From the IMG/VR virus record IMGVR_UViG_3300050581_000228: 64,000 nucleotides of DNA; one strand, given 5' to 3'. Of this stretch, positions 55,801 to 64,000 are shown piece after piece. The notes below the pieces were generated by a model. It was not told the origin of the DNA, searched no databases, and saw only the letters and a program-made list of their open reading frames with translations. The first letter of the stretch is position 1. Each line of letters starts with the position of its first letter. Both the position numbers and the translations under genes were made by a program. Origin of the DNA: a virus. Its lineage: Duplodnaviria; Heunggongvirae; Uroviricota; Caudoviricetes.

Positions 55801-57495
55801 CTAGAGAAATGCCTTTACGTCCTTGTTCGTGACCCGCATCGCCACCAGCGGCAGGGCCATTTCCGCGTAGCACCTGGCGTGAGCGAAGTGATCCGGCCCG
55901 GTTTCCTTGTACACGTAAATGGGATTGCCGAACTCGTCGCGCTCATAGGTGCCCACCAGGCTCTTCATGTGCTCGCGGTATTCCAGCGACACATCGGCCG
56001 GCAAAAGAATGCGGGGCGGATCGGTCTTGAATCGTCCCAGCGCAGCGCTCAGCCAGTTCGAGCGATCGACCGTGATTACCGGGGCGTCATCGTCATCGTC
56101 TGAGATGGCGATCTCCTTAGCTGTGACGCCGCGACGGTAACGACACAAGTAGACGTGACCTGGAAAGCGACGGGCAAAGCGGCGGGCCTCCAGAATCCAA
56201 GGATCGGCGTCGATGACGCATGTGAGAACTTGCCACTCCCGCATCAGCCGGTTGAGTTCCGCATCAAACTGCTCTCGCCAGAACTTGCCTTCACAGAGGA
56301 CTTTCGCCTGGGCGCTTGCATTGAGATCGAGGCTGTATTCGTCGAAGAACCATTCGCAGACTTCATAGAAGCTCCAATCGCCCACGTCCACGCCCAGCGT
56401 GATGATTCTCTCGCCGCCCACGACGGGTCGTGTATCGTTCTTCGTGTGCGACCGAATGGAACGGTCGATCATGTCGTCGGTGACTTGCGCCCCGTCGCTG
56501 ACAAACGGCAGGCCAAGCTGAGAGTTGTGGAACTCCTTGCTGGCCAATTCGTCGCCGAAGCCACGGAAGTAACAGACGACCAACTCGCCCGGCGTTTTCG
56601 TGAACGAATAGAGTTGCGAGATGTGGAAGCCCCGGTGATCGGGGTTGCCATTGGGGTTCATCGAGACCCATTTGGCATTCCTGAGAAACTCAGGCTTTGC
56701 CTGGTGTTCAAGTCGCGCACCGCAAAGATGGCACTTGAGGAATGATTCTGCACAGCGAGAGTCAGTGACGCTCTCGCCGATGATCTCAATGTTGTCCGGC
56801 CACGATAAGAAGATATGCCGCGAGCAGCTTGGGCACGGGAACACGAAACGCTCCTGCGTGCTCGTCTTGTAGAGCTTGTGAATGCCGTGGTTGTGGACGG
56901 TCGGCGTGGAAATGCCCCAGACGTGCTTCTCGATGTGGCCGTCGAGACGGGTCAGGGCAAGCCAGATGGCTTTTTGGTCCATCTCATCTACTTCGTCGAG
57001 GATGAGTTCGGAGACGGGGACCGACTTGAGGTTGCTGTCGCCGCGCGATCCACTGATGTAGAGGCAGTTCGTTCCAGCCTGCTTGAGATCAACGGAATTG
57101 ATGTCCGTGAAGATCGACTTGAGATAAGGACTCAAGGCGAGCGCCGGCCCGAAGCGCCCCTTGCTGAACTTGCTGGCGTTCTTCGTTGTCGGCAGGACGT
57201 ACATTACGTCCCGCTTGAGTTTGTCGATCGTGTACAAAGCGCGGTTGATGGCAACTTCCGTCACGCCCAACTGTGCGCCTTTCATGGCCCAGTTGAACGG
57301 TGCCCATGAGTTGTGCATCTCCTTGACCCACGGGTGGTATACGTCCGAATAAGGTCCAGGGAAGTCACCGCCCATGATGCGACGATGGGCAGCCCATCTG
57401 TAGCACGTCGTCAGATTGCGGTCCTTGAGAAAGTCGTATACCCACGCCGGCAATTCATTCTGAAGCTCGCTCATCGGTGACCACGTACTCGGCAC
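55801..57495 (-). CDS. terminase large subunit
   Basis: 564 aa. ATPase Walker B-like SELILDEVDEM. C-terminal nuclease-like region with acidic residues (VIDADPW). Precedes the portal. Confidence 0.75.
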   Translation of the reverse strand: MPSTWSPMSELQNELPAWVYDFLKDRNLTTCYRWAAHRRIMGGDFPGPYSDVYHPWVKEMHNSWAPFNWAMKGAQLGVTEVAINRALYTIDKLKRDVMYVLPTTKNASKFSKGRFGPALALSPYLKSIFTDINSVDLKQAGTNCLYISGSRGDSNLKSVPVSELILDEVDEMDQKAIWLALTRLDGHIEKHVWGISTPTVHNHGIHKLYKTSTQERFVFPCPSCSRHIFLSWPDNIEIIGESVTDSRCAESFLKCHLCGARLEHQAKPEFLRNAKWVSMNPNGNPDHRGFHISQLYSFTKTPGELVVCYFRGFGDELASKEFHNSQLGLPFVSDGAQVTDDMIDRSIRSHTKNDTRPVVGGERIITLGVDVGDWSFYEVCEWFFDEYSLDLNASAQAKVLCEGKFWREQFDAELNRLMREWQVLTCVIDADPWILEARRFARRFPGHVYLCRYRRGVTAKEIAISDDDDDAPVITVDRSNWLSAALGRFKTDPPRILLPADVSLEYREHMKSLVGTYERDEFGNPIYVYKETGPDHFAHARCYAEMALPLVAMRVTNKDVKAFL

Positions 57496-57880
57496 TCAGC
57501 GGTAGATCGCCCGGCCGCTCCTCCTGTGCCGTCTCTTGCTCGACCACTCCACCGCTCGCAGGGTCACATTCATCAGGGGACAATCGCTGCGGGTCGGAGT
57601 GAACTTCATTCTTGGCCTCGATCTTCTTGAGAACTTCTTGAAGTCGCGCCACGAGACCATTGATGGACTCGATTGGCGCGCCAGGCATCCCGAAGTTGCA
57701 GTAGCCCTCGATCATGCCCACGAACGAGTGTGCGCCGATGAGCACTTGGCCCCAGAGGCGAGGCCCTTCAGTTTCCGACGAAAGCCGGAAGACTTTCTGC
57801 GGTGGCTGCGGAGCAACAGATGTCATGGGAGCAGCCTCCTCGGGGCAATTCCGGCACTTGCGCTTGTTGCGTACTGCCAT
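57455..57880 (-). CDS. terminase small subunit candidate
   Basis: 141 aa, directly upstream of and overlapping the large terminase gene. Confidence 0.35.
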   Translation of the reverse strand: MAVRNKRKCRNCPEEAAPMTSVAPQPPQKVFRLSSETEGPRLWGQVLIGAHSFVGMIEGYCNFGMPGAPIESINGLVARLQEVLKKIEAKNEVHSDPQRLSPDECDPASGGVVEQETAQEERPGDLPLSAEYVVTDERASE

Positions 57881-57960
57881 GTGGGTCTCCTTTCCGCTTC
57901 ATGGACCCACGGCATTATGCCGTGAGTCGGTGAAGCGGCCCTCGTGAGAGGGCCACTTGG

Positions 57961-58287
57961 TCATTGGCGTGTCTGATTGAGTGAGCGTAGCGTGCTGAGA
58001 GCGAAACTGAGATTACTCGTCCGCACCACCACGTTGCCGTCATCCATGACGATGTAAGTAGGCAAAACACTCATTCCGTACCAAGATGCGAGATCACGCT
58101 GCGTGTCCACGTCGATTTCCGTGACCGGGAACTCTCTGGCGACTTCGACCAGCAGCGGCTTATCGCGTTGACAGGGCTGGCACCAGGTCGCGTGAACAGC
58201 GACGAGAGAGGGGCCAGGCAGAGGCGATGCCTGATCGCTGCACCCTGTCAGTACGAGAAGAACAATCAGTGTGGCAACGTACTGCAT
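57961..58287 (-). CDS. thioredoxin-like lipoprotein
   Basis: MQYVATLIVLLVLTGC lipobox and WCQPCQ CxxC motif. The long Arg-rich N-terminal extension in the ORF track is rejected. Confidence 0.6.
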   Translation of the reverse strand: MQYVATLIVLLVLTGCSDQASPLPGPSLVAVHATWCQPCQRDKPLLVEVAREFPVTEIDVDTQRDLASWYGMSVLPTYIVMDDGNVVVRTSNLSFALSTLRSLNQTRQ

Positions 58288-58691
58288 CAGACGGCCTGGG
58301 CGAGCTTCGCGGCGTTCTCGACGGCCTTGGTCACTTCGGCCAACTTCGCGGCGATATAGGCGCGGCCTTCCTCGCTCTTGAGCTTTGCTTCGAGCACGTT
58401 GCGGAACACGGTCTCGACTTCGGCCAGCACGGGTTCCTCGCCCCCGAGGAACAGTTCCGCGAGGGTCTGAATCTTCCGCGCCATCCCGGAGTAGTCGCCG
58501 ACCGAGTAGTCGATCAGGAACTCGGGGGTCTTCCGCAGGCCGACCGCCTGGAGCTTCGCGGCCAGCTTGGCGGCCGCGCGCCGGCGGTTCTCGATCTCGG
58601 TGTCCTTGGTGAACAGCCACTTCCCGATGAAGTAGGCCAGCAAGGGCACGCACACACAAAGGGCAATGGTAGCAGGGGTCAAAACGAACAT
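58287..58691 (-). CDS. membrane-anchored hypothetical protein
   Basis: N-terminal TM segment IALCVCVPLLAYFIG; helical remainder. Confidence 0.4.
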   Translation of the reverse strand: MFVLTPATIALCVCVPLLAYFIGKWLFTKDTEIENRRRAAAKLAAKLQAVGLRKTPEFLIDYSVGDYSGMARKIQTLAELFLGGEEPVLAEVETVFRNVLEAKLKSEEGRAYIAAKLAEVTKAVENAAKLAQAV

Positions 58692-58730
58692 CTTTCTTTC
58701 CTTCTTTCGTGGTATGTGGTGAAACGGACT

Positions 58731-59381
58731 CTACACCTTGCGGCCGTGGTACACGTCCGAGAAGTGCTTGGCGGCACCGACGCCCAGACCGACAGCGGCC
58801 AGCACGCCCAGCAGAACCCACGTCACGTCGCGTTTCGGGACCGGCGGGGGCGTCACGGGCGGCAGGGGTTGCGGGGGCGGATCGACGTGAGGCGGCTGAG
58901 GCTGGGGTTGCGGGCAGCAATTCCGCCGCCTAAAGCATTCAGCAGCCGTCGCCTTGCTGTTCAATCCTCTCGCCAAAGCATCGGCGGTCATCGGTACGCC
59001 CGCGCCGGAGTATTCCGCAACAGGGTCGTTCTCGCCGACCGCCTGCAAACGAACGCACGGCAGCGCCGGCATCGTGCTCGCGTAGCGATCGCGGTACATC
59101 GCGGTATCAGTGTAGATCACATTGAAGTGAGTCTGATTCTTGATGCCGACGAGCGTTTCGTTGGTATCGAACCACTTCGCCATCGCGCGGAACTTCGGAT
59201 CGTTTCTCTCGCCGAACAACGTCAGGTATGGCGTCTCCTGATCCTGGGGCAGCGCCACGACCTTCTCTTCGGCGTAGCGCACGCCGTAGGCGGAATCGGC
59301 TTTCATCACAGGGTCGCCGGCCCATGCCGGCGCACAACACGCGGCCACCAGCAGGGCGACCGCCAACAGGTAGCGGATCAT
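58731..59381 (-). CDS. secreted/membrane hypothetical protein
   Basis: Signal peptide MIRYLLAVALLVAACCAPAWA. Pro-rich linker and C-terminal TM segment VTWVLLGVLAAVGLGVGAA. Confidence 0.4.
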   Translation of the reverse strand: MIRYLLAVALLVAACCAPAWAGDPVMKADSAYGVRYAEEKVVALPQDQETPYLTLFGERNDPKFRAMAKWFDTNETLVGIKNQTHFNVIYTDTAMYRDRYASTMPALPCVRLQAVGENDPVAEYSGAGVPMTADALARGLNSKATAAECFRRRNCCPQPQPQPPHVDPPPQPLPPVTPPPVPKRDVTWVLLGVLAAVGLGVGAAKHFSDVYHGRKV

Positions 59382-59393
59382 CTTTCTCTCCTT

Positions 59394-59978
59394 CTAGGGC
59401 AGGGGCGGGGCCGGGTTGTACACGGGCGTGACCGCCCAGCCGTTGGAGTTCTGCCATTCGCTCACGAAGGTGTCACGGGGAACCCACGTGATCGTGTCAG
59501 TGTCGTTGTTGTCCAGGATGCCCGCCCATTCGTTGTCGAAATGGATCAAGGCAACCATGTGCCTGCCGCCCATGACGGTCACGCCGCACCCGCGGCGCGT
59601 CGAGCAGGCCCAGTCCAGAAAACCGACATCACCGTTGGTGACGTAGGCATACCGCAGTCCCTCGCGGTTGAACTTCGCGGCAAGGTCTTCTGGCCATTCG
59701 CCATTGCCGTAGTTTCGCCGCCAGTAGTCCGCCGTGTTGTAGCGGCCCTGCCAGCGGAGGAGGCTAATCATGGTCGCGTGGACGCAAGAGCCTTCGTTCC
59801 GATTCCCAATCCAGTTCGGTTGTCGAAGCGAGACAGGCAGGTTGACGGTCGGATACTCAGTCTCGGCGGCCGGGGTTCTCCCCATATCTGGCCCGCTCAA
59901 GTCGATCACGACCTCGCAACCTGTCAGCACCAACGATAAGAAGGCAACTGCCAGGAGTCTTTTCATTTCATTCTCCAA
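59394..59978 (-). CDS. lipoprotein with putative Cys-His peptidase fold
   Basis: Lipobox LSLVLTGC. GSCVHATMISLLRW and later ...GGRHMVALIHFD suggest a papain-like catalytic Cys/His pair. Confidence 0.4.
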   Translation of the reverse strand: MENEMKRLLAVAFLSLVLTGCEVVIDLSGPDMGRTPAAETEYPTVNLPVSLRQPNWIGNRNEGSCVHATMISLLRWQGRYNTADYWRRNYGNGEWPEDLAAKFNREGLRYAYVTNGDVGFLDWACSTRRGCGVTVMGGRHMVALIHFDNEWAGILDNNDTDTITWVPRDTFVSEWQNSNGWAVTPVYNPAPPLP

Positions 59979-60559
59979 GGTTTGAGCAGAATGCCTCGCC
60001 TACGTTCCGTTCGCACGAAGCGATTGGGATTCCACCGACTCACGTTGTCCGTCCGAAAGATGCCGATGGCCGTGTGAGCCGCACAGCACCATTCCGAACA
60101 GAAGATTTTGGTCAAGTCCTGCTCTCGAAACAGCGACTCGATCCAGGAGAGGCCCACGCCGGCCGACCGGAATGCACCCATGTCGTCGTAAGGCGTATGG
60201 ATCGTCCCGGCCAGAAACTCGGTGAGGCGTTGCCGCTCACTGTCATAGAGCGACCGATACAAGGGGTAATGCCACACCTTGCCTCGATACACCTTGACAA
60301 CGGCATCGAGACTATGAGCCTGCGTCCCGAAGAATGGCTTGCCCGTGATCTCACAGGGAAGGCCGTCCAGGGTCGTAGACTCGAACAGAAGAAGTCGGCC
60401 GTCCGTGGCCTCGCCCATGATTCCCACGTGGCTGATGCCCCAACGCGGAATCCCATAGGTGGCGATGTTGATGAGGTCGCTGGTGAGGCAATCACCGCTG
60501 AATCCGATGATGTCGCCCGGCTGAATCTCACGCGCGTCCCTTGGTCGAAGTCTGGACAT
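59963..60559 (-). CDS. permuted papain-like amidase (YaeF/YiiX, C92-like)
   Basis: GISHVGIMGEA precedes FCSEWCCAAH, the His-before-Cys order seen in the YiiX family. Confidence 0.55.
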   Translation of the reverse strand: MSRLRPRDAREIQPGDIIGFSGDCLTSDLINIATYGIPRWGISHVGIMGEATDGRLLLFESTTLDGLPCEITGKPFFGTQAHSLDAVVKVYRGKVWHYPLYRSLYDSERQRLTEFLAGTIHTPYDDMGAFRSAGVGLSWIESLFREQDLTKIFCSEWCCAAHTAIGIFRTDNVSRWNPNRFVRTERRRGILLKPWRMK

Positions 60560-60917
60560 GGCTTTCGCTCCGAGTCAAGGGGCTGGGTTGGCGCTGCGGC
60601 CAACTTGTGGATTTTACGCGCCGAGACTTACCGTCGTAGCGCTGTTGATCCAACGAGAAGCAGACCTCGCAGCGGGTTTCGTCGAGCAACTCGATTCGAT
60701 TGCCGCAGGCGCACCATCGAGGCAGCAACACGGAACCTCATCGTTGTAAGAAGGCTGCCGCAGAGTGCGCCGGCGCTAGCACGCCTCGCGTGCGGCAGCA
60801 GTGAGACCCTGGCGGCGATCGTCCGGCCAGGGAACCGCACGGCGTTTGCAACCGAACGTGCGGGGAGGAAACGCTTCAAGAAGCGTCGGGCCGTGGATGC
60901 GATCCACGGCGGGGTGA

Positions 60918-61463
60918 TTACGAAGTGGGCAGTCTCAGAAGTTCGCTGCCCCGCGCGGCCTTGACCGTGGGAAACAGCCGATCTGCGATTCGGTCAATGA
61001 TCTCCTCGGAGCCTTCAATGCCTCGAAGCTCCTCGACCACGATCTCGCATATCGACTGCACGAGGCGATAGACGGCTTCCTTCGGAAGGAGTTCGCCCGT
61101 GTTCTGCTCCAAGGCAAGGCACTCTTTCGTGAGCTTGGCCAGCGTCATCAGCAGATTGTTGACGGACGCGCAGCAGCTAAGCAAGCTGGGATCGTTGTTG
61201 ATCTGCCTCTCGACCATCATGTAGGCCAAATCTCGCGCCTCGCGGAGCGACTTGACCCCATTGTGGCCCGAAAGTTCCGCCAGCCGACGCCGGTTGTTGA
61301 TGTCGGCCAACTGCATGAGCAGCCTGCTCTCAGCCTCTTCCGTACTCTTGCCGCCGTGGGCAAGGCAGAACTCGGAGCCGTACTCGGCTTCCCGCCAACA
61401 CTGTTCGTGGGGATAGCTGAACTTGCAGCGGCGGGGGTCGGCCGGGTCCGTCACGAGTTTCAT
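60918..61463 (-). CDS. hypothetical protein with N-terminal Cys/His cluster
   Basis: Start MKLVTDPADPRRCKFSYPHEQCW...FCLAHGG. Confidence 0.4.
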   Translation of the reverse strand: MKLVTDPADPRRCKFSYPHEQCWREAEYGSEFCLAHGGKSTEEAESRLLMQLADINNRRRLAELSGHNGVKSLREARDLAYMMVERQINNDPSLLSCCASVNNLLMTLAKLTKECLALEQNTGELLPKEAVYRLVQSICEIVVEELRGIEGSEEIIDRIADRLFPTVKAARGSELLRLPTS

Positions 61464-61485
61464 GGAACAATTCCTTTCCGTACCA

Positions 61486-61561
61486 ATACAGTAGGGTAAA
61501 ACCGCGAAAATTGTGACGACAGATTCCGAGAATTCCAAGATTTCTGGATTGCCGCGTCAAT
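61486..61561. promoter_or_regulatory. second copy of the ATACAGTAGGGTAAAA..CGAAAA.TGTGAC...GCCGCGTCAAT module
   Basis: ATACAGTAGGGTAAAACCGCGAAAATTGTGAC at 61486-61517 and GCCGCGTCAAT at 61551-61561, homologous to 26357-26448. Confidence 0.35.
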
Positions 61562-61608
61562 CTGCGCCAAAGACGCCAATCCTCCCGATTCGTCCACAAC
61601 GCGACAAT

Positions 61609-61643
61609 GAAAACCCCTCCCCGCCTGTCGTCTTAAATAGAGA
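61609..61643 (+). promoter_or_regulatory. second copy of the 34 bp promoter-like motif, upstream of the 61667 ORF
   Basis: AAAACCCCTCCCCGCCTGTCGTCTTAAATAGAGA, followed by AAGGAG then ATG at 61667. Confidence 0.4.
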
Positions 61644-61666
61644 CACCTGTTTCAAGGAGATCGTTA

Positions 61667-61906
61667 ATGCGACAGTATGTGATCCTCTACAAGAGGGGGC
61701 CTGGCAAAGACTTCACCCGGCTCAATCCCAAGGACCACGGCAACCTCATCGACCATGAAGAAGTCCGGGATGCCATTGAACTGATGCGTCAGCGGCCGTT
61801 TCTCGAAGGAACCTGCATTCGGCTCAACGACGAGTTGTTCAACATCATGTCGCTCAGCCAGAAAACAATGGACCCAAATGCTTTCCTGTTTACGGAGCCG
61901 GCATGA
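61667..61906 (+). CDS. hypothetical protein
   Basis: 79 aa with a strong RBS (AAGGAG). Confidence 0.45.
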   Translation: MRQYVILYKRGPGKDFTRLNPKDHGNLIDHEEVRDAIELMRQRPFLEGTCIRLNDELFNIMSLSQKTMDPNAFLFTEPA

Positions 61907-62121
61907 TCGTCCACATGCTCCGAGACAAGACGACCGGCCTTTACTACCGCCGAAGCAATGGTTGCGGGCCTGGCTGGGTCAAGCAGGAGCGCGGCTCGAT
62001 CTGGCCGACAAGAGGCGGGGCAGGCGCAGCGCTCGGGCACTGCCGAGAGTATGCCCGGCGAACCAAGAAACCGGACACGTTTGAGATCGTTGACTTCGCT
62101 CTGACAGAAAGGCAAGCATGA
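61903..62121 (+). CDS. hypothetical protein
   Basis: 72 aa, ATGA-coupled to the preceding ORF. Confidence 0.4.
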   Translation: MIVHMLRDKTTGLYYRRSNGCGPGWVKQERGSIWPTRGGAGAALGHCREYARRTKKPDTFEIVDFALTERQA

Positions 62122-62189
62122 CTATTGAAGAACTGATGAGCGCAATAAGATAGCCGCCGGTAGGGACGCCGACGGCTATCTCTGCGGAA

Positions 62190-62549
62190 CTACTTGCCCA
62201 CCAACTGGCGCTGCTTGAGATCGCTCCGCACCTGACGAACATCGGTGCGATGAAGTCTCTTGGCAATCTCTTTCGCAACATCCCATGTAATCCCACCTTC
62301 CACGTATGGCACTTCTTTACCCGCGTTCCGTCCCGTATCCGTATCCGTTTCCGAATCCGCCTCCGTGGCCACTGCCTTGGGACGGCGGGAGACCTTGGAG
62401 GCCCGGCCCTTTCTGGCCTTGGCCCTGGTGGTGGCCGTGGATTTGGTTGTGGCTGCTGGCTGCCCAGCAACGGCTCTGAGTTCCTCGACCGTTTCACAGC
62501 GGCATTCCATGCCTCCGATCGTGAAATAGTACAGGCGTCTTCCTTTCAA
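62190..62549 (-). CDS. hypothetical protein
   Basis: 119 aa. N-terminal CRC motif. Basic/Thr-rich linker encoded by a short ccgtatccg DNA repeat. Confidence 0.4.
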   Translation of the reverse strand: MKGRRLYYFTIGGMECRCETVEELRAVAGQPAATTKSTATTRAKARKGRASKVSRRPKAVATEADSETDTDTGRNAGKEVPYVEGGITWDVAKEIAKRLHRTDVRQVRSDLKQRQLVGK

Positions 62550-62554
62550 GAGGG

Positions 62555-63076
62555 TTGAATGGGGTGGAGGTCTTCACTCTATTGGCCCATCTGCGAAGCA
62601 TCAACATGATCGAGAAACCAAAACTCAAAGCACAGGTCATTCCGGTGTTCCGGGTCTACTACCGGGACTTGGAGCAATACATTCAACGGGTATTCGGCTT
62701 CGAGTTCGATTTCCTGTTTGCCACCGGGTTTGTCAACGGCATGTGCCCGGAATACCAGGTCACGGGAACCATCCCGTCAGCAATGGCTCAGCAAGCGAAA
62801 GACCTGCGGTCAGGCCGGCGGACCAGGAACCTATTGCTCATCATCAATGTACTCGCGGCGGACGGCTACATTCCGGCCGGAAAGTACATCATCGACACAC
62901 ATCGGCGACCGAATCCGACCGAAGCGTACCGCAGTCTCCTGCTGCGAACACGTGATCCGCTGGCACCGGAGTGCCTGCGATTAAAGGACGAGCACAAGGA
63001 TAATCTTCAACTGATGGACCGCGTGAAGGTGCTCGACCAGGCAGCCGCCGAACAACTCAAACGTGCGCGGCATTAA
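62555..63076 (+). CDS. hypothetical protein
   Basis: 173 aa ORF; no motif recognised. Confidence 0.4.
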   Translation: MNGVEVFTLLAHLRSINMIEKPKLKAQVIPVFRVYYRDLEQYIQRVFGFEFDFLFATGFVNGMCPEYQVTGTIPSAMAQQAKDLRSGRRTRNLLLIINVLAADGYIPAGKYIIDTHRRPNPTEAYRSLLLRTRDPLAPECLRLKDEHKDNLQLMDRVKVLDQAAAEQLKRARH

Positions 63077-63158
63077 CTCACGGGGCGGTAGTCCAACACC
63101 TGAGACGGCCCGACAAGGGATGCAATGTGCCGGTGGAAGCCCGGCCCGCCCCGCTTCT

Positions 63159-63935
63159 CTACTTCATTGCGGCTTCACCATGACATAGGTTTACGATCTT
63201 CCTGACAAGCTCCTTATGGCCGAAGTAGTGATCCAAGACCTTCCGTGGCTCAACAACCGAACGAACCATCGCGCGATGCTTGTGAGAAACGCATTTGGCG
63301 CAAAGGATGATCTTATCGGCGTTCCTTGGCACGTTCTCCGCTCGCAACTTGTCAACCTCAATGAACTCAAGATCGCAAAGGTGGCCAACCCTATCGCGGA
63401 TATGACGCCATTCGTCGCCCGTCCAACCTATCACCGCAATCCTCTTCCGCCTTCCATCCGGCGGGAGAGGCTTGGCGCGATGTGCGCTCGACATAGGTTT
63501 CGCGTCCGGCATCTGGACGGAAATGCAGGTCGGCTCTTCCATCTGCTCGACAACCCGCCTCGCAACCACGGCCGCGAGATCGCCGGTTGTCATCGCACAG
63601 AGGATTTGATCCGCAGAGAATACGTTGGTCACATCCTCGGGCGTCATCAATTGACAGAGACGGGGAAGAAAACGCTGGCGCAATTCCTCATCCGTGAGAT
63701 TCGTCAGCATTTCCTCCCTGGTTGCCGGCGCATTTTGGTAGCAGCTTAGTTTCTCGGCAAGCTCATCGCACTTCTCCGCCTTGGCCTGGCTGTCACGATC
63801 CATTCCCTGGATTCGCTCGACCAACGGCTGCAAAGCAGCCGTTGTCAATATGCCCGGCCGTTGCCTGTCCTTGGGGAATTGCTTCTGTGCTCGGTTTGCC
63901 AGCGTGGCGATCGAATCAGGCGAGTTCCGACGCAT
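63159..63935 (-). CDS. hypothetical protein
   Basis: 258 aa ORF with several Cys/His (CAKCVSHKH ... LCHGEA). Confidence 0.4.
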   Translation of the reverse strand: MRRNSPDSIATLANRAQKQFPKDRQRPGILTTAALQPLVERIQGMDRDSQAKAEKCDELAEKLSCYQNAPATREEMLTNLTDEELRQRFLPRLCQLMTPEDVTNVFSADQILCAMTTGDLAAVVARRVVEQMEEPTCISVQMPDAKPMSSAHRAKPLPPDGRRKRIAVIGWTGDEWRHIRDRVGHLCDLEFIEVDKLRAENVPRNADKIILCAKCVSHKHRAMVRSVVEPRKVLDHYFGHKELVRKIVNLCHGEAAMK

Positions 63936-64000
63936 TGAGTGGACAAGCCCCGCCAGCCAGTCCCATTCTTCCTCGGTCCATCGGATGACCGTCTTCCTTG

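Noticed and set aside
57961-58920. 319 aa extent of the minus-strand ORF
   Set aside because: Only the last 108 aa (lipobox plus CxxC thioredoxin) look real. The upstream 210 aa are Arg/Pro/Gly junk that overlaps the neighbouring membrane-protein gene.
58227-59939. 570 aa plus-strand ORF
   Set aside because: Runs antisense across four separate minus-strand genes with signal peptides or lipoboxes; Arg/Gly-rich shadow.
60074-60964. 296 aa plus-strand ORF
   Set aside because: Antisense to the YiiX-like gene, then extends through a non-coding region; Arg-rich.
1-64000. CRISPR arrays, integrase/attachment sites, rRNA genes
   Set aside because: No direct-repeat/spacer arrays, tyrosine or serine recombinase motifs, or rRNA-like sequence were seen; not exhaustively computable by eye.

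Overview
This 64 kb, roughly 60% GC window reads as a nearly continuous tailed dsDNA phage or prophage region from a bacterial host. Bacterial features are a sigma-70 family factor, Shine-Dalgarno sites, lipoboxes, and ATGA start/stop overlaps typical of tightly packed operons. From 1 to about 26.3 kb, almost everything is on the minus strand and encodes nucleotide metabolism, replication and accessory functions: a ribonucleotide reductase large subunit (C-terminus runs off the left edge), a GNAT acetyltransferase, a PD-(D/E)XK nuclease, two paralogous HAD 5'-nucleotidase-like proteins, an Rnl2/Rnl5-like RNA ligase with an N-terminal tRNA-binding-like OB domain, two DNA methyltransferases, an ATP-dependent DNA ligase, two metallophosphoesterases, a sigma factor, a VRR-NUC nuclease, a family-A DNA polymerase, a Ro60/Rsr-like TROVE+vWA protein, two ParB-like proteins and an SNF2-like helicase. 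Three tRNAs sit here: a tRNA-Thr(TGT), a tRNA-Asn(GTT), and two tandem tRNA-like genes carrying 49-56 nt conserved insertions. A short plus-strand block at 26.6-30.6 kb encodes a primase/SF3 helicase, a dNMP kinase and a DnaQ-like exonuclease. From 30.6 to 57.9 kb a minus-strand structural module runs TerS, TerL, portal, scaffold, major capsid, tail tube, chaperones with a candidate -1 frameshift, tape measure, three paralogous tail fibres and further tail proteins. A lysis-like cluster with a thioredoxin lipoprotein and two papain-like peptidases follows at 58-60.6 kb. The most interesting signal is the Ro60/Rsr gene flanked by Y-RNA-like elements. Immediately upstream lie two tRNA-like RNAs whose inserted modules carry a UGGGCCGAAG-N-GUUAUC motif, which is further repeated in the rsr leader and resembles the GGUCCGA..GUUAUC 5' stem of Y RNAs. 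Downstream of rsr lies an inverted-repeat element containing UGACUAG. The RNA ligase operon and repeated promoter/operator-like DNA motifs are also notable. The ORF track omits ORFs that run off the window edge and ORFs under 60 aa. Around 16.6-17.05 kb the printed sequence and the ORF-track coordinates disagree by about 8 nt, so coordinates there are approximate. All protein calls rest on motifs I recognised by eye, not on searches.
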